Shown in pieces: positions 10,288 through 19,365 of a stretch of 64,000 nt of DNA. The position numbers and the translations under genes are program-made. The notes under the pieces are model-generated. The model saw only the letters and a list, made by a program, of their open reading frames with translations. It had not been told where the DNA came from and ran no database searches. Position 1 is the stretch's first letter. Every line of letters begins with the position of its first letter. The DNA is from Caecitellus pseudoparvulus (Eukaryota > Protista > Bigyra: Bicosoecida), in contig CBFFRQ010000032.1 of assembly GCA_965644315.1 (NCBI GenBank), forward strand, positions 558,001 to 622,000. The letters are read 5' to 3'.

Positions 10288-11445
10288 CTATTCATGCTTG
10301 AAGGCCCTCAGCAGGACAATGACCCGTCTCCCATGCCGAGCACCTGCACCTCTCCATGCCAGATCCCTTCCCGCCTGCACAGCTACCTCGCCTACACCAG
10401 CCCTCACCGCAGGGGGAACTGCACGGGAACCCGAAAGCGCAAGGAGCTCGACGACCACCGGCACGTGCCCCCCCTCACATGCCAGCCGAAAGCCTGCATC
10501 GGGCCCACCTTCATCTTCAGCATGCACATCGATGGCCCTCTCACCGGAAAGACCCAGGAGCGCACGCACGACTTCCACATGACCTCCGGCGCAGGCATGT
10601 CGGAAACCCGCCTCGGGGAAGTCCCAGTCTCCAGCGTGTACATCCACCGCGCGATCTCCCTCCAATCCAAGCAACGCTTGCACAACTCCAAGGTGGCCGC
10701 AAGCGCATGCAGCACAAAAGCCTGCTTCGTAGCCATCGTCGTCAAAAGCATGAACGTCCACGCTTCGAGCTCCCGTGAGAGCCAGAAGCTCACGCACCAC
10801 GGCCGTGTGGCCATTGTAGCAGGCTGTTCGAATGCCGGCACTACCTCCATCTGCATCACCTGCATGTACATCAATCTGGCGATCGCCATCCAAGGCTAGA
10901 AGCTCACGCACGACTTCAGTGCGGCCTTCTTCGCAAGCTTTGCGGAAAGCGTACTCCGGCCCGTCGTCATCGCCCGCATGAACGTCCACCGCCCGGTCAC
11001 CGGCCAGGGCCAGCAACTCGCGCACAGCGTCAATGTGCCCGTACATGCAAGCGGCTCGGAATCCTTGCTCGGGCCCATCCCTGTCTCTGGCATGGACATC
11101 TACAGCTCGCTCGTCCGAAAGGGCGAGCAGGACTCGAAGCACATCAAGGTGCCCCTCTTCGCAGGCCAGCCGAAAGCCCCGTTCAGGGCCATCACTGTCT
11201 CCAACGTGGACATCCACGGACAATCCACCCTGCAGCGCCAGCACCTCCTGGAGCAGGGCCGTGTCGCCCACCTTGCACGCGACGAGAAACGCTTTGGTTG
11301 CGTCTTGCACAGATAGCGTCCCGTTACCCTGATCGGTTCGTCTTCCTGCACTACAAACCATCTTTGAGTATTTTTCAGCATCAGCCGCCCCACAAATAGC
11401 GCACAGCCTTTCGATTTCTCGCACAGGAACGGCTTCAGCAGCCAT
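10288..11445 (-). CDS. Ankyrin-like protein with 7 full 38-aa repeats plus one partial repeat
   Basis: Consensus VDVHAGDxDGPExGFRxACxxGHxxVVRELLALxGxRA; probable start MAAEAVP at 11445. Confidence 0.88.
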   Translation of the reverse strand: MAAEAVPVREIERLCAICGAADAEKYSKMVCSAGRRTDQGNGTLSVQDATKAFLVACKVGDTALLQEVLALQGGLSVDVHVGDSDGPERGFRLACEEGHLDVLRVLLALSDERAVDVHARDRDGPEQGFRAACMYGHIDAVRELLALAGDRAVDVHAGDDDGPEYAFRKACEEGRTEVVRELLALDGDRQIDVHAGDADGGSAGIRTACYNGHTAVVRELLALTGARSVDVHAFDDDGYEAGFCAACACGHLGVVQALLGLEGDRAVDVHAGDWDFPEAGFRHACAGGHVEVVRALLGLSGERAIDVHAEDEGGPDAGFRLACEGGHVPVVVELLALSGSRAVPPAVRAGVGEVAVQAGRDLAWRGAGARHGRRVIVLLRAFKHE

Positions 11446-11727
11446 GGCGATCCTCCGCTCAGTTTCCGCAGGTGGGCCGAGCCTTCGTTCGCATCCGGTG
11501 GCTCGCAAAGCAGGTTAGTATGTTTCGCTTTTCAGTGTAAAACGAGAATGTGGGCGATTTAGTTTGTTCGCGGAGCTCACCTGGTGCCATTTGGTAAGCA
11601 GAGGTTGTGCATTGGGGGGTGGGGGGGTTTCGACAACTTCAACTGGGGGTCACGCCACCGGACCTCAACTTGGGGCACCAAAGGTGTGGAAATGTAACAC
11701 GGTTCACTCGTCGCCGCGCAAAAAGCT

Positions 11728-13728
11728 CTAATCATGACGGAATTCATGGGTCGACGCTTGCCAAGCAGACTGCGCCTCGAGTGGCAAGGGGAGCACAACG
11801 GTGGTGGCACAGGGCTTCAAACTCGAGTCCAATCCGCCTACAATAGCAACTGCCATGTCGCAATCTGTGCATCCGTGGAGAGAAGGCTGGCTTGAATCGC
11901 CCAGGAGCAGCCCAACGGCACCGGAGCGCGCAACTTGCGCCCAAACGCCAAAGTCCGAGACATGGGCAACAGGCTCACTGCGCTGTCTGCGGCCCTTGCG
12001 AGCTGAGGACCTTGCAGTCGCCCTGGGCGCTTGATGGGAAGCGCCCGCCTTCGCCACTTTGGCGGGGGGTGAGAACTCGAGGGCCCGTTGCCCCGCGCTG
12101 GGCATGGAGCCCGGGCCAAGGGGGTGCCAGCACCAGTCTTCCACATCCAGCAAGTAGGCATCCCCCAAAGGAGCAGGTTCGGAATCGTTTGCGAAAGTGT
12201 CCCAGCCACCAGCAATGAGGATGTGGCGTGGGCTGACTTGGACTGCAACGTGGCCGCTTCGCTTGCAAGGCGCTTGACCTGAGACGCACGGCTCACTCCA
12301 GGCCCACGGATGAGCTGATGTGTTGAGCACGTGCACATCCCCAAATGATTGGCGGTCGTCATTGCCACCAAAGAGCACCATGCGGCCGCCCGGCATGGCA
12401 GTCAGGCTGTGATAGCTGCGTGGGCCTGGGGGACTGCCTGTCGGCCGCTGCTTGGACCAGCGGTAAGTGCCGACCTCCAAGCAGAACACATCATTGACCC
12501 AGCGCCCAGCATGGCAACCACCATGAACTACCATCCGCTCGTTCCCTTCGGCCGTATCAGACGAGGGGCTGCCCGGCATTTCGTCTGAGGACGGGAAGGA
12601 GCTGCAGCCAGCGGCGGTGGACACAGCACTGCTTGGCAAGCCCTGGGGACTGGCCGAGACGACAGGAGTTGCTGGGGCTGAGGGGGAAGGCTTCAGCCCA
12701 CTCGCACGCAGCACACGTCGTAAAGTGTCTTGTGTGCCACTTGCCAAGTTTTGCTGCACTGGTGACACGCTGGACTGTATGCAACTCATCACGTGACCAC
12801 TGCGCTTGCTTGGGCCGGTCCCCGTCGTAGTGGCTGGATACCAAATGCCGAGGGAGGTGTCAAGGCACTGCAGCTCAGATTCTGGAGTGCTGTCTTCGTC
12901 TGAGGCTCCCTCGCCCCCCACAAGCAGAGCAAGCTGCATGCTGGGCAGCATGCCGAGTGTGTGCCACTTTATGGGATCCGTCGCCGCTGTTGCGGATTCC
13001 TCCCACTCGAGGGTATTCAAATTCAACACAAACGCCTCCCCAACTGTCTCTTCAGCTGTTGCGCCTCCGTGCACCAGCAGGGTCTCACTGTCCTGAAGCA
13101 CAGCTGCATGTCCCCACACTGCAGGCGGCGACTGGCCCTGTGTGGCGACTGCCTTCAACAGAGACCCAGCTGTGGTGCTGGGAGGCGCGTTGCACAGTTG
13201 AATGCCTTTCAGGCCTTCCTCTAGCGCAGCTTGAAGCTTTCGTAGAATTTGCAGAGTGGGCTCGCTCGCTGTGGGGGGATGAGGAGACTGCGTGCCCCGG
13301 CATGCCTCGCGTTTCACACCACCCAAGCGGGGAGTCTGTGTCGAGTTTGTGGAGGAGAATGACGAGTCCAGGTATGTTGAGCTTGCCACACTATCAGGGC
13401 AGTGGTCCACCTGGGATGGACCGGGCGAGGGGCGCCGTGTGTGGCCACGTTTCAAATTCACCCGCACGAAACGCCAGGCTGCACGTATGCAGGGCCCCAC
13501 ACACTCCGCTCGCGCGTCAAGACATACAGATGCCATTGGTATTCTTTTTACCAAATTCAATCCACTTGTATCTGCGGTGCAGTTCAGCGAAGTGTGGCTT
13601 CTCCCTGAGAAAACTCCTTTGCAAGTTCCACTGGCGTTGGCAGCGTTCGGCTCGGCGAGGTCGAAGGCTGACTGCCACTTAACAGCATGCGCAGACGGAA
13701 AAGGAAGCCGGTCCCTATTGGATTTCAT
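11728..13728 (-). CDS. Kelch-repeat beta-propeller protein (RABEPK/KLHDC-like); true start uncertain
   Basis: WGHAAV...LLVHGG, PSKRSGHVM, MVVHGG...WVNDVFCL, PGPRSYHSL...MVLFGGND, PCKRSGHVAV...ILIAGGWD. Confidence 0.85.
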   Translation of the reverse strand: MKSNRDRLPFPSAHAVKWQSAFDLAEPNAANASGTCKGVFSGRSHTSLNCTADTSGLNLVKRIPMASVCLDARAECVGPCIRAAWRFVRVNLKRGHTRRPSPGPSQVDHCPDSVASSTYLDSSFSSTNSTQTPRLGGVKREACRGTQSPHPPTASEPTLQILRKLQAALEEGLKGIQLCNAPPSTTAGSLLKAVATQGQSPPAVWGHAAVLQDSETLLVHGGATAEETVGEAFVLNLNTLEWEESATAATDPIKWHTLGMLPSMQLALLVGGEGASDEDSTPESELQCLDTSLGIWYPATTTGTGPSKRSGHVMSCIQSSVSPVQQNLASGTQDTLRRVLRASGLKPSPSAPATPVVSASPQGLPSSAVSTAAGCSSFPSSDEMPGSPSSDTAEGNERMVVHGGCHAGRWVNDVFCLEVGTYRWSKQRPTGSPPGPRSYHSLTAMPGGRMVLFGGNDDRQSFGDVHVLNTSAHPWAWSEPCVSGQAPCKRSGHVAVQVSPRHILIAGGWDTFANDSEPAPLGDAYLLDVEDWCWHPLGPGSMPSAGQRALEFSPPAKVAKAGASHQAPRATARSSARKGRRQRSEPVAHVSDFGVWAQVARSGAVGLLLGDSSQPSLHGCTDCDMAVAIVGGLDSSLKPCATTVVLPLPLEAQSAWQASTHEFRHD

Positions 13729-13745
13729 TATCGACCATTCACATG

Positions 13746-16700
13746 CTATTTGCGGGAAACTTCAAATGTGGCTCTCGCGTTGAACACGTCGCGCAGGCTG
13801 AAGCCAGGGGGCGGCGGCAACAGGCCCCGGACGCCCCCTTGTCGAACGCCACCCCCATCGCTTGCGCCCCACCAAGGCATGTGGGGGGTATACGATGCCT
13901 GTGGGGGCGACTGCAAGCTGCGGAGTTCAGGGGCAGCACTCACACGCCCGCCGTAGCTTCGTCCCCACCCTTGTGGCGCCCGGCTACTCGCGATTGTCGA
14001 AAGGAAACCCATGCTCGATTTGCCTTTAATGTACGCCTTGACACGCGAAGCACTAACTGCTTTTTGTTCCCTGTCCCTTTGGCTTTTGTGCGGAGCCTCT
14101 GCTGATCCATGCGACCAGTGTGACCCCCGGTCGACCAGCCTACTTTGCCCAAGCGATCCAGCTCTTTGTGTCGGTCCCTGAGCATCCACCGCCGGTGCCC
14201 GCTTGGCCAGAGTCGTTGCCATGGGCAATGGCTCTGAGTACCGCGGATCCTCTACCCGTGGACTTGATATCCTTGCCTTAAGTGAACCCAAGCGGTTCGC
14301 CATTGCCGCAACTCGTTCGCGAAGCAAAGAGAGCCTTGAGTCACTGTCCCTTTCTTCAGCCACGCGCTTCAAAGAGAGCTTCTCTGCAATGCTTGGTCCG
14401 GGTTGAGGCGGGACGCTCCCCCTGAGATTCGTTGGTGCACGAAGCAATCGTCCATGCTCAAGTTGGGGCGTCGGGCGGGCCAAGTTCCCCACCTTCCCAA
14501 GCACACGGCTTGGATCAGGCCCTACTCTTGCTCCCGAAACGTTCCCGCGTTTTGGTGAGCTACGATCTGACCGGCAAGATGCTCCTTCCTCCAAGCCTGG
14601 CTGATGCAACGCTGACTTTCCTGGTGTTGCTTGCTCACCCAAGACAATGGTGTCAGCTTGAGATTGCACGCTTCCTCCATCAGGGTTCTGGAAGTGACCC
14701 TGAGAGTGAGAATCAGATGATTTTTGCTCCATGTTGGGTGTCGGTGAACTGCTATCGGCGTGAATGGTATCGAGCATGTGGACGTCAGTAGGCTGCAGCT
14801 TGTCGTCGTGAGGTGTTTCATGGTTGGCGAAGCCAGCCGCAATCGACGGTTCAGGGCTAGTGGTTGCGGTAGATTCAGTCTTCTCAGGGGCTCCTCTTGA
14901 CGATGTCTTGGGAGGTCCGCGTGAGGCTTTCGCTCGCTCTTGCCCACTTGCACCGCTTGCTCGGGCCGCGACCCTCGGGTCCTTTCTCTTCACATCCTGA
15001 GACGAAGGAGAGCCCTCTGCTATAGCTCGCAGGTGGCTAGGCACTTGGCTGCTGGGAATGATTAACAGCCGCTTTCCTATCCCGGGGGGTGGGGCCTTCT
15101 TTTTGCTGCTTGGGGTTCTAGTTACTGACATTCGCTTTTGTTTGGGGGTTGTGCTTTTCATGCTACAGTGCTGCACGAGTTGCCCTGACTTGAAAGATTC
15201 TTTGTTTTGTGCTGCAGCACGACTTGTCTCGCTTCCTTTCCGGATAATTCGAGGTGCTTCTTGATCTGCCAGTCCTTCGACGGCTTGAGAGGGCGCTCGC
15301 GCATGCGCTTTGCCCTGAAGGATCGAAACTGGCAAGGAGTTGCTTGAGACACGTTCTATTCCGGCATCTGATTTGCGCCCAATGCGCGGAACGCCCGGCG
15401 GAGGGCGTCGACTACTTGACCTACGGTTTCCAAGACCCCGAGATGAACGTTCTGCGTTAGCCGCATGAAAATGTCGCACAGCACCCGGAAGTACAACTGA
15501 CGCCACCCAACTACCTTGTACCATTGCTGCCACACCTTCCACAGATGTCTTGGCGACTGGCTTGGTGCCGGCAGGTGGTGTGGCCACTGGCTTGGTGCCG
15601 GCAGGTGGTGTGGCCGCTGGCTTGGTGCCGGCAGGTGGTGTGGCCACTGGCTTGGTGGCGGCAGGTGGTGTGGCCACTGGCTTGGTGGCGGCAGGTGGTG
15701 TGGCCGCTGGCTTGGTGGCGGCAGGTGGTGTGGCCACTGACTTGGCGCCGGCAGGTGGTGTGGCCGCTGGCTTGGTGCCGGCAGGTGGTGTGGCCACTGG
15801 CTTGGTGCCGGCAGGTGGTGTGGCCGCTGGCTTGGTGCCGGCAGGTGGTGTGGCCACTGGCTTGGTGCCGGCAGGTGGTGTGGCCACTGGCTTGGTGGCG
15901 GCAGGTGGTGTGGCCACTGGCTTGGTGGCGGCAGGTGGTGTGGCCACTGGCTTGGCGCCGGCAGGTGGTGTGGCCACTGGCTTGGCGCCGGCAGGTGGTG
16001 TGGCCACTGGCTTGGCGCCGGCAGGTGGTGTGGCCACTGGCTTGGTGCCGGCAGGTGGTGTGGCCACTGGCTTGGTGGCGGCAGGTGGTGTGGCCACTGG
16101 CTTGGTGCCGGCAGGTGGTGTGGCCACTGGCTTGGTGCCGGCAGGTGGTGTGGCCACTGGCTTGGTGCCGGCAGGTGGTGTGGCCACTGGCTTGGCGCCG
16201 GCAGGTGGTGTGGCCACTGGCTTGGTGCCGGCAGGTGGTGTGGCCACTGGCTTGGTGGCGGCAGGTGGTGTGGCCACTGGCTTGGTGCCGGCAGGTGGTG
16301 TGGCCGCTGACTTGGCGCCGGCAGGTGGTGTGGCCACTGGCTTGGTGGCGGCAGGTGGTGTGGCCACTGGCTTGGTGGCGGCAGGTGGTGTGGCCACTGG
16401 CTTGGTGGCGGCAGGTGGTGTGGCCGCTGGCTTGGTGCCGGCAGGTGGTGTGGCCACTGGCTTGGTGGCGGCAGGTGGTGTGGCCACTGGCTTGGTGGCG
16501 GCAGGTGGTGTGGCCACTGGCTTGGTGCCGGCAGGTGGTGTGGCCACTGGCTTGGTGCCGGCAGGTGGTGTGGCCACTGGCTTGGTGCCGGCAGGTGGTG
16601 TGGCCACTGGCTTGGTGCCGGCAGGTGGTGTGGCCACTGGCTTGGTGCCGGCAGGTGGTGTGGCCACTGGCTTGGTGCCGGCAGGTGGTGTGGCCACTGG

Positions 16701-18749
16701 CTTGGTGGCGGCAGGTGGTGTGGCCGCTGGCTTGGTGGCGGCAGGTGGTGTGGCCACTGGCTTGGTGCCGGCAGGTGGTGTGGCCACTGGCTTGGTGCCG
16801 GCAGGTGGTGTGGCCAGTGGCTTGGTGCCGGCAGGTGGTGTGGCCACTGGCTTGGCGCCGGCAGGTGGTGTGGCCACTGGCTTGGTGCCGGCAGGTGGTG
16901 TGGCCACTGGCTTGGTGCCGGCAGGTGGTGTGGCCACTGGCTTGGTGGCGGCAGGTGGTGTGGCCACTGGCTTGGTGCCGGCAGGTGGTGTGGCCACTGG
17001 CTTGGTGCCGGCAGGTGGTGTGGCCACTGGCTTGGTGCCGGCAGGTGGTGTGGCCACTGGCTTGGTGCCGGCAGGTGGTGTGGCCACTGGCTTGGCGGCG
17101 GCAGGTGGTGTGGCCACTGGCTTGGTGCCGGCAGGTGGTGTGGCCACTGGCTTGGTGCCGGCAGGTGGTGTGGCCACTGGCTTGGCGCCGGCAGGTGGTG
17201 TGGCCACTGGCTTGGTGCCGGCAGGTGGTGTGGCCACTGGCTTGGTGCCGGCAGGTGGTGTGGCCACTGGCTTGGTGGCGGCAGGTGGTGTGGCCACTGG
17301 CTTGGTGCCGGCAGGTGGTGTGGCCACTGGCTTGGTGCCGGCAGGTGGTGTGGCCACTGGCTTGGTGCCGGCAGGTGGTGTGGCCACTGGCTTGGCGCCG
17401 GCAGGTGGTGTGGCCACTGGCTTGGCGGCGGCAGGTGGTGTGGCCACTGGCTTGGTGCCGGCAGGTGGTGTGGCCACTGGCTTGGTGCCGGCAGGTGGTG
17501 TGGCCACTGGCTTGGTGCCGGCAGGTGGTGTGGCCACTGGCTTGGTGCCGGCAGGTGGTGTGGCCACTGGCTTGGCGCCGGCAGGTGGTGTGGCCACTGG
17601 CTTGGCGGCGGCAGGTGGTGTGGCCACTGGCTTGGCGCCGGCAGGTGGTGTGGCCACTGGCTTGGCGGCGGCAGGTGGTGTGGCCACTGGCTTGGCGCCG
17701 GCAGGTGGTGTGGCCACTGGCTTGGCGGCGGCAGGTGGTGTGGCCACTGGCTTGGCGGCGGCAGGTGGTGTGGCCACTGGCTTGGTGCCGGCAGGTGGTG
17801 TGGCCACTGGCTTGGCGGCGGCAGGTGGTGTGGCCACTGGCTTGGCGGCGGCAGGTGGTGTGGCCACTGGCTTGGCGCCGGCAGGTGGTGTGGCCACTGG
17901 CTTGGCGGCGGCAGGTGGTGTGGCCACTGGCTTGGCGGCGGCAGGTGGTGTGGCCACTGGCTTGGCGCCGGCAGGTGGTGTGGCCACTGGCTTGGTGCCG
18001 GCAGGTGGTGTGGCCACTGGCTTGGTGGCGGCAGGTGGTGTGGCCACTGGCTTGGCGCCGGCAGGTGGTGTGGCCACTGGCTTGGTGGCGGCAGGTGGTG
18101 TGGCCACTGGCTTAGATTTTGGCTGTCTTTGCTCGCTTGTCTGGCCCTGCAGCTGGCCAGCCTTCTTTCTAGGAGAAGGGGGTGGTGGAGCTTTTGTGCT
18201 GCGCTTTGGAGGAGCAGTACTGGCATGACTTAGCGTGGGCTTAGGATGCCGAGGGGGGGATGATGATGTGCGAAGGCTTTCCTTCGTTTTGTGCTCAGCC
18301 TGACCAGGTGAACGGAGGCTTAGCGGTGCGGTCGATTGGGTGGGTGTCGGGATTCCGTGCTGCAGGAATGCCTGCTTCGCAGATTGCCAGCCTGTATCCG
18401 GCGATGCTGGGGAGCCTTGGCCATCTGAAGAGAGTGTCGGCGTTGCAGCATGGTCCGCGCTCTGCTTTTCTAGGGCTCCTTTCGTTTGGGCTGGGGTTGC
18501 TCGAGGCTTTCTTGGAGGGGCCGGTTTTGGCTTGGGTGCAGCACTGTGAGAACGCCTTACAGCTGCAAAATGGGTGGATGCCACATTGCAAAGAGTGGCG
18601 CATGAACTTTTGCGTACACGCACTGATGACATTTGCCTTCTTGACTGGGTGTCGCTTCGGTGGTGGCGCTCTTCCTGGTGTGCTGTTAGCTCTCTTGGGG
18701 GTTGGATTCGGAGCACCTGCACAAAGGATAGTTTAAATGGCTGAACCAA
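13746..18749 (-). CDS. Large low-complexity Pro/Ala/Thr/Lys-rich protein with 85 x 10-aa repeat; 5' exon structure uncertain
   Basis: The only frame open on both sides of the array, with about 200 aa upstream and about 600 aa downstream of plausible disordered sequence. Confidence 0.7.
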   Translation of the reverse strand: MVQPFKLSFVQVLRIQPPRELTAHQEERHHRSDTQSRRQMSSVRVRKSSCATLCNVASTHFAAVRRSHSAAPKPKPAPPRKPRATPAQTKGALEKQSADHAATPTLSSDGQGSPASPDTGWQSAKQAFLQHGIPTPTQSTAPLSLRSPGQAEHKTKESLRTSSSPPRHPKPTLSHASTAPPKRSTKAPPPPSPRKKAGQLQGQTSEQRQPKSKPVATPPAATKPVATPPAGAKPVATPPAATKPVATPPAGTKPVATPPAGAKPVATPPAAAKPVATPPAAAKPVATPPAGAKPVATPPAAAKPVATPPAAAKPVATPPAGTKPVATPPAAAKPVATPPAAAKPVATPPAGAKPVATPPAAAKPVATPPAGAKPVATPPAAAKPVATPPAGAKPVATPPAGTKPVATPPAGTKPVATPPAGTKPVATPPAGTKPVATPPAAAKPVATPPAGAKPVATPPAGTKPVATPPAGTKPVATPPAGTKPVATPPAATKPVATPPAGTKPVATPPAGTKPVATPPAGAKPVATPPAGTKPVATPPAGTKPVATPPAAAKPVATPPAGTKPVATPPAGTKPVATPPAGTKPVATPPAGTKPVATPPAATKPVATPPAGTKPVATPPAGTKPVATPPAGAKPVATPPAGTKPLATPPAGTKPVATPPAGTKPVATPPAATKPAATPPAATKPVATPPAGTKPVATPPAGTKPVATPPAGTKPVATPPAGTKPVATPPAGTKPVATPPAGTKPVATPPAATKPVATPPAATKPVATPPAGTKPAATPPAATKPVATPPAATKPVATPPAATKPVATPPAGAKSAATPPAGTKPVATPPAATKPVATPPAGTKPVATPPAGAKPVATPPAGTKPVATPPAGTKPVATPPAGTKPVATPPAATKPVATPPAGTKPVATPPAGAKPVATPPAGAKPVATPPAGAKPVATPPAATKPVATPPAATKPVATPPAGTKPVATPPAGTKPAATPPAGTKPVATPPAGTKPAATPPAGAKSVATPPAATKPAATPPAATKPVATPPAATKPVATPPAGTKPAATPPAGTKPVATPPAGTKPVAKTSVEGVAAMVQGSWVASVVLPGAVRHFHAANAERSSRGLGNRRSSSRRPPPGVPRIGRKSDAGIERVSSNSLPVSILQGKAHARAPSQAVEGLADQEAPRIIRKGSETSRAAAQNKESFKSGQLVQHCSMKSTTPKQKRMSVTRTPSSKKKAPPPGIGKRLLIIPSSQVPSHLRAIAEGSPSSQDVKRKDPRVAARASGASGQERAKASRGPPKTSSRGAPEKTESTATTSPEPSIAAGFANHETPHDDKLQPTDVHMLDTIHADSSSPTPNMEQKSSDSHSQGHFQNPDGGSVQSQADTIVLGEQATPGKSALHQPGLEEGASCRSDRSSPKRGNVSGARVGPDPSRVLGKVGNLARPTPQLEHGRLLRAPTNLRGSVPPQPGPSIAEKLSLKRVAEERDSDSRLSLLRERVAAMANRLGSLKARISSPRVEDPRYSEPLPMATTLAKRAPAVDAQGPTQRAGSLGQSRLVDRGSHWSHGSAEAPHKSQRDREQKAVSASRVKAYIKGKSSMGFLSTIASSRAPQGWGRSYGGRVSAAPELRSLQSPPQASYTPHMPWWGASDGGGVRQGGVRGLLPPPPGFSLRDVFNARATFEVSRK
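15556..18113. repeat. 30-bp minisatellite, about 85 copies (KPVATPPA[G/A][T/A])
   Basis: gcaggtggtgtggccactggcttggtgccg repeated with variation at a few fixed positions. Confidence 0.98.
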
Positions 18750-19365
18750 CTTGGATCAGCGGAGCGCGCCCAGGGGCAGCAAGTGGCCCGATGGCCTCCC
18801 TTGCTCTGGGAAGAAAGTCACACAAGAAACGCCCAAGCCTTCCCTCAACGGTGAAGCAAGCACGTCCAACACGAAAAGCAAACGCACCAAAGTCAATCAC
18901 AGACGTTCGGACGCTTCTGCTCCTTCGTTTCGTTTCCATTTCCCCGGTTCAACATGAGCGTGTGGCACGACCGGATTGCTGCTCCCTGGCCCTCAGGTTC
19001 AGTTGCAGGCAGGCGCAGGGGGCCAAGTGGCACATAGCTCTACAGGACCAGCAAGTTTTGATGGATTATTCAACCTGCGCGAATCCCTGTGCAATCTTCT
19101 GGTGTCCTTCATTCTGTGGGGCTGAGGCAAGTGTGGTGCCAGCCCAGCATTGTCATGCCTGCAATGAGTTCAATGCGGGTGACACCAGCTTCGTCGGCAG
19201 CATTGGAAACCACACCAAAATGGTTACCTCTCATACAGACCTTGGCATTTGAACAGGCTCTCCCAACGTCAACGTGGAGTGCCAGCTGGCATGGCTGCTT
19301 GGTGAGCGCTGTACAAAGCGTCATCCAACCTGCTCAGCACTTGGCCAGAAGCAAGTCAAGTCAGC

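Noticed and set aside
5480-11600. Integrated virus or transposon as the source of the ankyrin cluster
   Set aside because: No integrase, transposase, capsid, terminal repeats or strong GC drop were seen, and a host-type intron-containing gene lies inside
15556-18113. CRISPR-like array
   Set aside because: Units are contiguous with no unique spacers; no cas genes; eukaryotic context
15356-18228. Three further long ORFs (956, 863, 892 aa) over the 30-bp array
   Set aside because: A stop-free repeat unit keeps these frames open; they close shortly outside the array
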